Below are positions 29,253 to 42,988 of a stretch of DNA of 64,000 nucleotides, in pieces. The notes below the pieces were generated by a model. That model made no database searches and was not told where the DNA came from. It saw only the letters and a program-made list of their open reading frames with translations. The stretch spans positions 198,152,001 through 198,216,000 of the forward strand of contig OZ024740.1 of assembly GCA_964016885.1 (NCBI GenBank). The letters are read 5' to 3'. Made by a program: the position numbers and the translations under genes. This DNA comes from Eledone cirrhosa. Its lineage: Eukaryota. Positions within the stretch are counted from its first letter, which is position 1. The number at the start of each line of letters is the position of its first letter.

Positions 29253-30355
29253 TTATATATATAGGCGTATATCTACTGTGCGTATATATATTCCTATTTC
29301 TTATGAATACTATTAACGCACTCTTTCATAGAGATATCGACTACGGTGTAATACCAAACGTAGACTGCTTTGTTTTATTGCTTTGTCTGTAGAAAAGGCA
29401 GAACCCATGACCCTCTTCAGGAACTCTGTGGCTTGTGTGTTGGAAAGAAAAAGGTATCGTTAAGCCGGAGCCTTGGCCCAAAGGCATGCAAAAGTATGGC
29501 TTCAAATAAAATCCCTAAATTATCAGGGAGTGGTGTTAACCCAAATGACATTTCATGACTACCACACCCTGCTGTCTTAAGCAGGGTTTTAACTGAAAAC
29601 AATTAACCGAACCCAAATCATGCAAGGATTCCCGTCCGAAGCTCTAATGACTACACGATAAACATTGGATGGATGGAGGATGACGTTGACCTTAGCAGGA
29701 TTTGAATTCAAACTGCAACAACCGGAATATATATCACAAGACATCTAGTCCAATCGTCTAAGGACAGATACCGAATGACGTTTTATTAAACCCTCTACAT
29801 ATTCGACCATGTGGCTAGACAAGATATCAATTAGACACCAAAGAAAATTCGACATCGTATTTATTCTCACTTATTATCATAATAGAAATTAACATTTGTA
29901 TATCACAATACGTTATTTTTTAGTCATTCGTAAAAAAAGTAAAAGATTTAATAGAAATAAATCTATTTCTCTGAACGAAAATAAGAAACCCGAAAAGAAG
30001 TGCTTAAGACAGACGGTCGATGAAGTAAATCATTAGAGGAGAAACTCTTCTTACAAGAGGAGAAAAAAGGAGTCTGATAAGTGAAGGAATTGTGAATGAA
30101 GAAACATCGGTAGAACAACGGCAATGGAAGTGTCCTTATAAAACTCACACGAACGCACACACACAAATATATAAAGAGAGACACAAAATAACAAATTAGA
30201 CACTGAAGACATAACATAATGTGTGATTAAAAAGCTTTGACAATAAACAATAAATAATCATCCGGTTATTGAACTAACCAAATTGAAGTTTATAATAAGT
30301 TGAAGTGAAAAATATGACGTGCGTGTGTTTTATTGGCAGCATGAGCCTACAAAAC

Positions 30356-30396
<41 letters not shown>

Positions 30397-30400
<4 letters not shown>

Positions 30401-30768
30401 ATATTAACAAAGGGAAACTATATTTATAAAACCATATTTATTTCATTATACATATTTTAAGGGCCACCAATGCAGATTATGGTGCGCTTTCATCAGATAA
30501 AATATAATATAGATTAGTTTTATGAATAAATATTGACATATTAACAATATTTATTTATAAAACAAATCTATTTTATATTTTATCTGATGAAAGCGCACCA
30601 TAATCTGCATTGGTGGCCCTTGACATATGTATAATGAAATAAATATTGTTTTATAAATATAGTTTCCATTTGTTAATATATTGTATATTTACTCCAATAA
30701 TTTGTTGAGTGCTTTAAATTAGTTATAAAATTATTTTGCTTGTTGTATCCCAACAAATTAAATATAAC

Positions 30769-30772
<4 letters not shown>
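30397..30772. mobile_element. Palindromic element, family A, second copy (HHR cores mutated)
   Basis: Arms 30397-30535 and 30545-30683, tail to 30772. HHR on + at 30576-30641 keeps CUGAUGA but has GAAA->GACA; the mirror copy has GAAA->AAAA. Confidence 0.88.
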
Positions 30773-30806
<34 letters not shown>

Positions 30807-31189
30807 GCAAAGCAAAATTATGGCTCGGGTTGCTATGTTTCAAATACAATTTGATAGGCTGACAATGATCACGTGATTAGGCACCAAATTTGGTGGTAAT
30901 TTCGCGCCCCAAAAAGTGAGTGTCATGGTTTAGTGAATATAGACAGTAGCAATTCATGGCTCTTCCAACGCATATCCCTCGGGGAAAGTCCTCCGGGGAA
31001 AGTCCTTCTGTGTTCTGTCCACTGGGGCCATGGTTCGGCCAGCGCGTTGGCTCACATTTGCTTATAATAGTGAGAAATGGGGTGAGCGAGAGAGACAGAG
31101 GCAGTAAAACAGGAATTTATGTTCAATCTTTGTTAGGAATTTTTTATTTCAATGTATATCTAGATGAACAATCGCGCGCGCGCGCACAT

Positions 31190-31305
<116 letters not shown>

Positions 31306-32143
31306 ACAATAATAACTATAATAGTAATGATCCAATCAGCAAAATGAACCAGAATTATCTTAACTGTGTGGTTAAAGTAAATATTCTTGCACCGAATTAC
31401 ATGTAGTGGGCTGGAATCTGGGACCGCATGATAGCAAAGCGAAATTCCTAACTTCTCAACTATGACTGCTTCTTCTATATACTCAACACAAAAGTAATTT
31501 ATATTTAGTATTACAAATCTGATGAAAATCACAGAATACACACTAAGTAAAATTCCTTTCTAGATAATCTAGTAATACGGTGTAAACGTCTACGATCAAT
31601 CAGTAATTTGCTAAAGTTCCATTTTCCTTGTCTGAAACATTACAAGTAGTAATTTGGGGTAGAAATCGAAAACCAGATTACTGATGGGACTTCGACCCGC
31701 CTGAATAGAACCTATTCTAAAGTGCTTTAACGATTACCCCGGGAAGATTGCCATTCCGATACCACAAATTTGCTACAATAAATTTGTTTCTGTAAATATT
31801 AACTGTATTATTTTTTTTATTCTACAATTTAACTCGTTGCATTTTGGTGTTTCTTTCTTTTCTTTTTTGTTGTCTGTTTAAGATTTTAGGTTGTGTTTAC
31901 TAGAATGTCTAACTCGTATTTAAAGTATGTCTAGAGATCATGGAAAAGCGCCATAGCTGGTTAATTAGTATTTTTCTGTAGCAAGACGTATAAACTTGAT
32001 GTGTGATATCTCTCTTTCGAGAAATATTTCGCTTTTACATATACAAATATGGGACGAAATTAAGTATTTGTTGATAAGAAGGAACATTGTGATTAAATTT
32101 ACAAATTAAAGAATCACATGGTTTCTAAGATTGCTATATCATG

Positions 32144-32292
32144 TTTAATATAGAAATGGTTTCTACAGGATTAGAACTGTTTCATTCAAAAGAAATCATC
32201 AGGAAACAGTTCTAGTACAGAAGAAGCGATTTCTACAATAAAGATATTTACACTCTCTTAATTACCTTACTAATTACCCCCGATTGAACTCG
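32144..32292. mobile_element. Family D element with a complete HHR on the minus strand (32159-32207)
   Basis: guuuc CUGAUGA uUUC-uuuu-GAAu GAA ACAG-uucuaauc-CUGU A^ gaaac, followed by a partial inverted arm and tail. A third family D copy lies at 34090-34292. Confidence 0.75.
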
Positions 32293-33984
32293 AGACTCTC
32301 TCTCTCACACACACACACACATATATATGTATATATATATATATATATAGCATCCGAAATTTTAAGACACTCTTCCGGCTATTTCAAGCGTTAAACTAAT
32401 ATATTCCTTCCATATACTGTACGGTTTGAGTTGTTATTTCTGTTTACCATTTATATACATATATATATAAGAAAAAGACGTTGAAAATGCAACCCAGTAT
32501 CGACACAAACCTTGTGAGTGAAAATGTATAAACGGAAACAAAGAAAGCCCGTTTTATTTATTGAATTGCACTTCTATTTCAATGGTGCGCCCAATCTTTC
32601 CCATATTGCGTTAGTCTAATTTGGATTGAGAATTAGGCTAAAATCCATATGTGTCAGTTGAATTCTCGACCAACTAGAAGTTAATTCACGAGCCGGTTGT
32701 TCAGTTGATTGAACAACTTAATGCTCTTCGTCGAAATCGACGAGTGTCCATCAGAGGACAATAATAGTTTTTGAGAGAGTAGCAATAGATTGAATCAACA
32801 GCAATTAAACATTGGTACGAAGAATAAACAAAGCTAAAATGAGGTCTTGAAATAGAGGTGAGTCGTAACTGGTATTCTATCAGGTCTTGTTTTTGTTACA
32901 ACCCAAGTCTGTGTAAGTTGAGCCTGTCTCTTATAGGATTACATCTGATAGGAAATCCGTTGAGCACTTTATTGTTACGGACCTCCGATTTATCATGACA
33001 GAAATCTTCTGCACAGAGTCGGAATATATAATGAAATGCATCCCATCCATTATTCTAACAATTTCATCTAATCACCTTCAACTAGTACTTTATTTCTCGA
33101 CTTTAGAAATATTAAAACAAAGATTATATCTGCGGAATTTTGATCGTGAGAGGGGAAACGACTGTTCGTACACTGTCGTTTTAGTGACCTTTTGTATATT
33201 AATTCAGAGTAAATATCTGTTAGATTATATTAACCAATCTTTGCAACTAAGTCAAGTAAGTCCATTGGACTCTTGATTAATAACTACATCGGTGTAGATT
33301 TTGTCGGACAATATTTCATGTCAATGCTATATATGAAGACATTTGTAGAATATTTAATTCTTTTCGTTCTATAAACTCTACTTATTTGTTTCAAAGTGGT
33401 GGAGAAGTATCGAATATATAAATCAACACTATCTTACAAAGTCTTCCAGATTGTAACGTTTCCGACGAAATGCTTTGCAGAATTTTGTTTCATCTATCAT
33501 TTTTTGAAGTTGCTTTTTTATGAAATATATGAGAGGTTATAATAAGCAGTATTTTACTCATGACGTTAGTTAAAAAGCATCCGTTGCCAATATTGATCAG
33601 ATATACAGCGTGATAAAAAAACAGTAAACATGACTTATATTAAGTCGAAAAGAAATAGAGAAACGACAAACATCATACAATGAAAGTTATACTGTAATTT
33701 CATTGTCTAAAAATTGGTAACGTTCCCACGAGGAAGGCAAGGAAAGAAGAACAAAACATAAAAATAATTCGATGTTAAAATAAGATTAGTTTATAGAATA
33801 AGAAAATTGTGTAAACTAATTTCAAGCTTTTAGATATAATTTACACCATTTTCTCACAATTAATTGAATAGGATTTCATTACGGAGCTAATAGAGGTACA
33901 TTGCCGCAGTAACGTCTCGACGTCACAGATACACAGACACACAGGTACATACGAACACACACATACACAAAACGTACACATACG

Positions 33985-34050
<66 letters not shown>

Positions 34051-34348
34051 TCAATCACACACACATATATATATGTGTGTGTGTGTGTGCGGATTCAATC
34101 GTGAGTAATCACAGTTAGTAAGGTACTCAATACATTAGTAGAGTGCAAACATCAAGTTTAATACAGATATGACTTCTACAGTACTAGAACTGATTTATCC
34201 AAGAGAAATAATCAGGAATGCTCTTTCCTGATTGTTTTCTTTTTAATGAGATGAGACAGTTCTAGTCCTGTAGAAGCCATTTCTATATTAAACCCGTTAA
34301 GGGTGAAAGCAGCGATTCTTTGCTTAAACTTTACCCTGTTTGTTTTTA

Positions 34349-34473
<125 letters not shown>

Positions 34474-35848
34474 CGCGCGCGTGTGTGTGCGTGCATGTGT
34501 GTAATTTGAAAATATCATTGAACATACTATTTTATCTTAAAATACTTTAATTCGTAAACAATATTCTAAATATTAATAGGAACTGGTGTATCAAGTGGTA
34601 AACCGCCATTGAAAATAAAATAATTCTGACATCGAGGGGTAAGTGGATTGTACAAATCCTATTTCCACGTCCAAACATTGGAACTAGCCAGGAGAAAAAA
34701 AAATGACATTGCAACAACGGATTTAAGAAACCTGAACTACGTCTGTACAGCGCCACGTGATGCACAATATGACTTTACCCGTTGGAGCATAAATACTTTC
34801 GTTGAAAGTGGTTGCTTCCAGCTCCTGAGCATCCTACATATAATTAATCTTGAGTGAGCAGGGTTTTTGCGCATATGGATCTGTTGCCCTTAGAGCTTGC
34901 TTGCGTTTTGAAGCAGGGGATGGTTTAGTTCCAAAACATATTTTCTATGCTATTATTGATGGAAATATCATTAATAAAAAAGAACGTGTAAGTTGTTTAA
35001 AAGCTGCAGAAATGTAACCTGAAAGAGAGATACAGAGGAAAGATAAAAAAAAACATCACGAATATGAGAACTAAAAAAATTGCGAGTAGGAGCATTGAGA
35101 GTTTAATTAGAATTAGAGAAGATAAAAAAAAAAATATACGAAACGATGGATGAATAGTTAATAATAATTGAAAGTATAGGCGGTTTAATGAGTGAGAGAA
35201 ATAGACGCCTTAAGAAAACGTAAGGCCAATATATGAAAGTGAAAGGGAAATAAATTAAGTTAAAAGAACGCTGAAGATAGGCAGAAATAACAACGGCAGA
35301 CAAGACATTGTGGCATCACTGATGATAAATAAAAATAAATATTAGTAAAGTCATCGTGAACTATGGTTCGAAGCTAAAATAAACTGAGCATTTGTAAGTC
35401 ATTCTTTGTAAGCACAATACACGTCCTATTGCTGTTTTAACATATATTAATAAAATAATATGAAATGGAGTATATATGATACGATATATATACACTGAAG
35501 AAAGAGGTTTGACTAAAGTGCGCTACACTATTTTCCCATCTACATCCACGCACCTGCATTTCTCAATATAATTTTAAAAAAAAGAAAGAAAGAGTAGCCA
35601 TGTTCAATCTAGGGTTTAAAAGAATGGGCTCTATGTTCCCATAATAAACGTAATGTTGATTTCGGTGTGGATTCAAACTCACAACATAACAATGTGTACC
35701 TTGATGATAAGTGTAAACATTATTGGAATCGAAACCACGAGATGTGCCCTATTAGTATGTTGCTTTAAACCACTAAGCTAAAAGATTTCCAGAGTTATGA
35801 ATTTTGAAATTAAGTGCTAAACGGGCGTATACACGGACACACAGACAC

Positions 35849-36139
35849 TAAAAACAGTCTCAAGTCTGTCTCGACCCTTGAGACTCAGCATGCCAGTGCC
35901 TATCCCGCTTTCCTTGGCGTTAAGCGACTTAGAGTACAAGAATTCTCCCTGGATAGGACGCCAGTCGATTTCACGTTTAAACCCCAAGTTAATGCTGGTA
36001 ACCATTTTTAACCGACTACATTGGAGCAACATGAAATAAAGTGTTTAGCTCAAGAACACAACACGGGACGAAGTCCAGGAATCGAGCCCACGAAGTTACG
36101 ACCTTCAGTCCAATAGACTTACCACTAGAACATGCTCCT

Positions 36140-36141
<2 letters not shown>
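35849..36141 (-). mobile_element. tRNA-derived SINE with V-domain-like core (third family)
   Basis: Minus strand: tgttctagtggt (A-box-like), ggctcgattcc (B-box), gtgttcttgagctaaacactt, gactggcgtcctatccaggg (V-SINE-like motif). Confidence 0.65.
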
Positions 36142-36230
<89 letters not shown>

Positions 36231-37454
36231 AGTATAAATCAAACTTATACATATTTTTAAACGGTGTGTTTTGTTTCTAAAATTCTTTATCAAACTGCTG
36301 ATCTTTTACCTGACGAATACGATTATTTTAATATATCTAAATATCTAATATATATCTTCTGCAATACAATACTCTGCATATCTTCCGAAATCAAAGTTAA
36401 CAAACTGGAAAAGTTATTTTTAACTCGAGCGACTTAGTAATCTCTTTCCAGTACTTATGCGTCTTTCGTTAGAAAAATGTTGGAAATATCAGAATTTAGG
36501 TAAGTACAAAACTTTTAAAGTCTATCATTCATCTTGATTTATTGATTTTATATATAACTTCATGAATATATGCATTATTTCAAACACTGAATTTGCATTT
36601 GGTTTACAAACAAAACATATGTAGGAATATATAAATATACATGTATTGTAATATATACCCTTGCATACGTTTTTTTGCCAAATAAATCACCAAATATTTT
36701 CTTTGTTATTAAACGACATATCGTTTTTTACATAAGTGTACATGATGAGTTGAATTACATTTTAACATTTCACACAGTTTATTACATGTCATCTGAATTT
36801 GAATCAGAACCAATAACGAAACAGCTACAATTACAGATTCCTGTTGTAATTTGAATTTTTCTACGCCTGGCGGTTCATTTAGACAGCACATAATAAAACC
36901 AACTATCAAAGTTAAAATATAAAAAAAGGAAGTTCCAGCATTGTCGTTCTCACTAGAGAAGTATTAGTCATTCTTCCCTCCAAGTGTTTTTTTTTTCTTG
37001 TTTCATTGGATGTCACTCTTAGCAAGGTGGCAAGTAGCCAGCAGTAGAGTAGACTTCACGCACCCACGTAATTTGTTGGGATTAAGAAAAGCCAATCACT
37101 GCCCTTGAAATCAACAAACAAACCGGAGAAGATTTAAAAGAATTCAGATTATACCCATAAGGGAAACAAAAACAAAGAATAAAGATTCACACGACAAATT
37201 CTCGAAGAAAACAACTAATTGGAATAGAGACTTGTTTCATACAAGCCCCGACAACTACAGTGAAAGGGTGAGATTGAGTCCAAAGACCAGGCAAGATTGA
37301 AGAAATTGAAGTATGACCATGGAAGGGTTTATAGAACACGCACACACACACATATATATAAATGTATGTGTGTGTGTAAAAAGTAAACATAAATAACAAA
37401 GTAGATGGAACAGTACAATGAAGAAAAATATTAGTTTAACGCTTGAAATAATAG

Positions 37455-37954
37455 GAAATATAAAGTTGTATTCCTGTCTGTTTGTTTGTTTGTTGGTTCA
37501 CGAATTCCTTCTATGGTTTTGGAGTAAACCCCATAACCCTATATATTCTGAAACCACATTGTCCAGGGTACTTGGATAAGTATATTTCATTGTAATCAAA
37601 GGATTTCCCGGGGGCACAAAACTCCCGCTGAAAATTTTTTCCCTTCGATTTATATGAAATTTAAACCATAGGTAAATGACAAGATATGATGCCTATTCAC
37701 AAAAGTTTTGAATTGATATTTAAAAAAAAAAATTTACAAGAAACAAAATAAGAATAAGATTTAATAATGTAATTTTGATTTGATATATTACAACAAATAA
37801 TGTTTTCCAATTTTTCATGCATTACATTATACATTGAGTAATATTGAAATGCAGAGTTTTTCTCCATAAATTATATCACTGATTTAAAATCAATCATCAT
37901 TTTCTTACAAAAAGAAATGTATGAAACGCAGCAAGGCGCGGATATTTCGGCTAG
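37455..37954 (+). mobile_element. Non-autonomous Helitron, ~500 bp
   Basis: 3' hairpin cgcagcaaggcgcg followed by CTAG|T (37951-37954). 5' region atataaag..tgtctgtttgtttg. 5' boundary approximate. Confidence 0.6.
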
Positions 37955-38545
37955 TATAGATATATTTCTTCAATGAACTGTCGTTTGCTTTGTTACTTCT
38001 GTTTACTTTTTAAACACACACACACAAACACACAGACGCATACAGACACACACTCTCTCTCTCTCACACACACAAACACGCGCACGCACACACACGCACA
38101 CACGTGTATATATATAATAGTAAAAAAGAAAAATCAGAAGAGAATACCAATGTGATTTTCTCAGAATAACAGCAAAACATTTATTTACAAAAAATAAATT
38201 TATCGTACCGTTTTAAGCCACGTAGGCCTCTTCATGCTACGGAATTGTATAATAAAATTTATTTTGGTATAAAATAATATAGTTTACATATATATATATA
38301 TATATAGAAGAGTTCACTTTTTTGTTTATCGCTTTCTCTCTTTCTCTCTTTCTTGGTGGTGTTGACTATAGCTGCAGCAGTTATAATCAACACCACCAAG
38401 GACAGAAAGAGACCAATGTCCGACGAGCTCTTGATTCAAGAGTCGGGCCAGATCGATACAGATCGAACCTTGATCTTATCAATAGCGGAACGCGCGTTAC
38501 CAATCAATAAACTTAATGAAGGCTTAACAAATCGTCTTAGTATTA

Positions 38546-38728
38546 GGTGAATTAGCAGTATCGGTAGAGGGTCGGACATGCTTTCCAGCATAGTTACGTC
38601 CCTTTATGATCTGAGTTTAATCCCTCTAAGGTTAACTTTGTCTTTCATCCTTACGGGGTCGATAAAATAAAGTACCAGTAATGTACTATTAATTGCTGGC
38701 CTTGTGGCAAAAGTAGAAATAATTATTA
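38546..38728 (+). mobile_element. SINE (main family)
   Basis: Same head, core and tail as 23483-23670. Confidence 0.85.
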
Positions 38729-38748
38729 TATTACACACTCTGTCTAAC

Positions 38749-38829
38749 TCTACACCTCGCTACTGACGTGAACCAAAACATCGATTGTTCAGCTGGGTGT
38801 TTAGGTTCACGTCAGTAGCGAGGTGTAGA
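38749..38829. repeat. 26-bp perfect inverted repeat with 29-nt partly paired loop
   Basis: tctacacctcgctactgacgtgaacc / ggttcacgtcagtagcgaggtgtaga. Confidence 0.9.
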
Positions 38830-38863
38830 AAACACATGATATATATATATATATATATATATA

Positions 38864-39675
38864 TTGTTATGCTTTGGGAGGGTCATGTTGCCAATAAGGA
38901 ACACACGCACCAGAAGCTTTCACTCCAATTTATTATAAATTAAATTTATAAATTCAAGAATTTTAAAATTTCCGGTTGGTTGGTTGGTTCCACAACCGGA
39001 CAGTTGTTCATATATTGTCAAAGTTCTTTCGTCACACATTCTGTGACCTCTTCAGTGACTGGGGATTCTTTTCTTTGTTTTATGCCTCTCCTTTGTTCTG
39101 TCCAACGCCATCTTGTTTTTGTGTGTGTTGTGTGCTTAGTTTGCGCATGTGTTACATCCATTGCTATTACATTCAGGTTTTCTATTTAATTAAATAGAAT
39201 AGCAACATCACAATTTACAATTAGGGACAAAATGAAAGCACACACACACATAGAACAAACAACCAACCAGTAACATGTAAATAAACAAATAAATAAACAA
39301 ATAAAAACACACACAGACACCCGGATGTAACATATGCGCAAACTAAGCACACAACACACACAAAAACAAGATGCCGTTGGACAGAACAAAGGAGAGGCAT
39401 AATACAAAGAAAAGAATCTCCAGCCACTGAAGAGGTCACAGAATGTGCGACGAAAGAACTTTGACAAAATATGAACAACCGTCCGTTTGTGGAACCAACC
39501 AACCAACCGGAAATTTATAAATTCTTAAATTTATAAATTTTATTTATAATAAATTGGAGTGAAAGCAACTGGTGCGTGTGTTTCTTATTGGCAACATGAT
39601 CCCCCCAAACTATAACAATATTGGTTTCAACACACGTTTTCAGATAAAGAATATTGCTAAACAAATTCAGAAACG
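38864..39675. mobile_element. Palindromic element, family C, second copy (~295-bp arms), HHR on each strand
   Basis: Arms 38864-39159 and 39323-~39618, tail to 39675. HHRs at 39017-39059 (-) and 39423-39465 (+): CUGAAGA gGUCACA..UGUGAC GAAAG-aa-CUU^ ugac. Confidence 0.9.
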
Positions 39676-39826
39676 ATATATATATATAAGCAAAAAGGAT
39701 ATTCAATTTGTTGGTAATTCAGCAAATATAAGTGTTTATAACTGATTCAGAGCACTCGACACATTTTCTGGAGTACAATATTCTATGATATTAAATAAAT
39801 GGAAACTATATTTATAAAACCATATT

Positions 39827-39886
39827 TATTCTATTATATATATTTCAAGGTACCAAAACTTTGGTACGCTTTCATCAGATAAAATA
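39827..39886 (-). ncRNA. Minimal type I hammerhead ribozyme, family A, intact, in an unpaired pLTR (~39688-39915)
   Basis: uauuuuau CUGAUGA aagcGUACCA-aaguuu-UGGUACcuu GAAA U-AUAU-A UA^ auagaaua. Stem II sequence differs from the other family A copies but still pairs. Confidence 0.85.
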
Positions 39887-40374
39887 CGAAGTGTGTTTTA
39901 TAAATTTCGACATAACCAAAAAAAATACCTTAACGGTTCAAGTTTTCCTTGGATAGTGAAGGGATAAGAGAAGAAAAGTCAGATATTTCAAATTATTAAG
40001 ATGAGTATGCAAATGAGGTTGAGGTAAAGGGCTGAAAAAAACGTTATTTTAGACGCTATAGAGAATTTAAATAATTAGGATATGTGTGTATATGCGTAGG
40101 AAAGAAGAGAAAGGAAGAAGAGCTTGTATTTATGTTAATTTGGGGGAAAAGGTGGAATATAACTCCAGAGTTTAAATTTAAATTTATTTACCTATATTAT
40201 AAGATATAATCAATTAGATTATATGAAGAATTATGGTTGTAATTATTTTTATCTTATTACATTGCAATAGGTTTTATGTATATAAATCCAAAATGTATAC
40301 ACACTTTGACAATATTTATTAGAATGCTGTTGAAATGTGTATGCCTTTTTGGCACAACCTGTATACAAAAATAT

Positions 40375-40567
40375 ATCGAGTGGTTCATCTTTCTGTTAAT
40401 TCTTACCTTTTCGGTACAAACAAATGTGTCATGTCGCGTTTTCTTTAATTAGCAGTTAATTTTCAATCCCTTTCTCATTGATAGGACATTGCTTCTCTTT
40501 TTTTCTCTCTCTCTCTCTCTCTATATATATATACAGAGAGAGAGAGAGAGAGTGAGAGAGAGAGAGA

Positions 40568-40629
<62 letters not shown>

Positions 40630-40754
40630 AGAGAGAAGCAATGTCCTATCAATGAGAAAGGGATAGAAAATTGTTGCTAATTAAAGAAAACGCGACATGA
40701 CACATTTTTTTGTACCGAAAAGGTAAGAATTAACAGAAAGATGAACCTCTCGAT
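40375..40754. repeat. ~120-bp inverted repeat bracketing a (CT)n/(GA)n tract
   Basis: 40375-40498 is the reverse complement of 40632-40754 with a few mismatches. Confidence 0.88.
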
Positions 40755-41120
40755 TAGTATCGTTAAGAGGGGAAAAGTGAAGAAATAAACACTTATCACT
40801 GACCTTAGGAGTATTACAATATACATTCTATAAAACAAAATAGATATAGTTGATAACGTTGTTCATGAATTACTACGACTGAAAATGACCAGAGATTTTT
40901 AGAGTTATAATGCTTTTTTCTCGATGAATGCTGATCTGTGTATGTATGTATGGTCCCGTAACTCCTCATAGAGCAGCAGAGGCGCCGTATTGACATAAGG
41001 CGTTTCTTGGGTATTTTAAGCCTGGCGGAGCCTAACCCGCTCCATACCCGAGTACAGTAAATTTCTTCATGCGATAAGAAAGAGAGAGAGAGAGGAAAAT
41101 GAAAAAGAGATATAGAGGAA

Positions 41121-41270
41121 GGATCGACGTCAGTACTAGACTAGTACTTATTTTATCGACCTCGAAAGATGACAGGCAAAGTTGACCTCCGTGGGATTTG
41201 AACTCAGAGAGCAGAGCGCCGGAAAGAATCCCATAAAGCACTCTATCCAACGACTTTCCCAATTCGCCCC
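41121..41270 (-). mobile_element. SINE (older subfamily of the main family)
   Basis: Reverse complement: gggcgaattgg...gagttcaaatcccacggaggtcaactttgcctgtcatctttcgaggtcgataaaataagtac. Confidence 0.8.
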
Positions 41271-41569
41271 ATTAGAGTATACAATCTATAAAACAAACAT
41301 AATAGATATAGTTAATAAAGTTATTCCTGAATTACTACGACTGAAAAATGACAAGAGATTATTATAGCTAGAAGGCTTATCTGTATATATAACTATAAAA
41401 ACACCGAAGAGATTTACAATCCCTGTGTAAATTATTTTAATTCAATTTTCATTCCTTTATTTCTAATTTGGATTTATATAACTTTCCCGAAAATAACCCA
41501 CGCCATTATATTTAACTGGGACGACATCAAATGCAGGTCTTCTTTTTGGCCGATCGAGTCTAGCTTAAA

Positions 41570-42140
41570 TCAACACCACCTCACCTGCCTCCGCTCCACA
41601 GCCAAACAGCGGTGTATGGCTCAATTTGGTGCCCTCCTCATCAACCGGTACGCTTCTTGATGACGTGTGCACTTGCATCGGAGTGGCTTAACGCCTCCTC
41701 CCCCACGTGTATGAGAAACATAAATGCCGTTGCGGGGCGGTTGTTGACAAGCCGCTTTCAACATGTTGAGAAGGAGCCTTGACACAGCTGGCTTCCTGTC
41801 ACAACTGGAGCCAGCAGGCCTCAACCGCGGAGACAGAAAGCATCCCGGCGGAATTACCCTCTTCCCATTGGAAGAAGGTAGATCCCTCATTTAGCACGCC
41901 ACATATTGGGACACGTTGTCCGGATCCAACTCAGTTCCTTCGGCCACGAACCCCGGTACTGCGGCCTGCAATGCAGAGATCGCTGTCGAAACCTCAGGTG
42001 TACTCAGGCCTCTGCAAGAACGCCAGCAGCCCGCCTGAGGAAGGAGCCTCGCGAGGAGGGGTGGCTGTTGCATTTAGTGTCGTAGCCCCAACACCGCCGC
42101 GATCTAGGCCCGGAGTCCATCACCCTCCCTCGTCCCCCTC
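41570..42140 (+). mobile_element. Second, more decayed CRE-like REL fragment
   Basis: Similar to 13261-13758: aaatgccgttgcggg (KCRCG), cttgacacagctggcttcctgtcacaactggagccagcaggcctcaaccgcggagacagaaag (LDTAGFLSQLEPAGLNRGDRK). Confidence 0.75.
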
Positions 42141-42689
42141 CCATACTTCTGTGGCCCCAGAGCCATTGTCTTTGCCTTCCTTTTCCGTTTTCAAATATTT
42201 ATAGTGATTTCTAATAATTTCATATTTATTCATTCATGTATGAAACTAATTAACAAATTTTAATTTAAAAAAGAATTCTTTAATTACCTTTTCATATTTA
42301 TGTTTTATTTTATATATTTACACGTTGTACTTATATTTAATCATTTTATTTAACTTAATATTTAATTTTATTTTCGAAATTAGTATCCATTATATTAATC
42401 TGTATTAGCCCTATCAAATCTAGAAGAAAAAAAATTATTTTCTATGTATGAAACATTGCCTGATATCACCTGACGGGTAACAATCTAGTTTCACTGACTA
42501 TAACATTCTGCCAATTTCAATGCATTCATTAAAATTGGCAGATAAATTGGTAGATGAAGATTTTATAGATTTTATGTAGTACTTTGATCACAAATTTGTC
42601 ATAACTAATTGAATTATCCCACTTATACACCTGGTATTAACACATTCAATTAGAAAGTCACACTAGGTAGAGAGTCACTCCAGGTAGAG

Positions 42690-42988
42690 CCGCTACTTCT
42701 CTGAATTGAGAGATCACAGCTCTGATAGTATGGGCATGTGATTAGAATGTCTCAGGAAAGAAGCACTGGACAGATTTTATGGACAAAACCAACCGGCAAG
42801 AGACCAAGGGATAGACCCCCGAGCATGATGGTTGGATAACATCCATGAGCTTCGAAGTTCACACTTGGAGATCCAGCTGGATCAGCTGGAGATGGAGTGT
42901 TTGAGAACTTTTCCCCCATGACCCTCTCAGGAATATGTGGGCGCAGAAGAAGAAGAAGAAGAAGAAGAAGAAGAAGAAGAAGAAGAAA
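42690..42988 (+). mobile_element. 3' end of an RTE-type LINE with (GAA)n tail
   Basis: cagattttatggacaaaaccaaccggcaagagaccaagggatagaccc...tggttggataacatc (QILWTKPTGKRPRDRP..WLDNI), then (GAA)n at 42945-42988. Confidence 0.65.

Noticed and set aside
33240-33500. GVDFVG motif suggestive of an LTR-retrotransposon integrase
   Set aside because: A single short motif with no supporting frame.
36709-36909. 66-aa ORF as a host exon
   Set aside because: No recognisable domain and weak splice signals.
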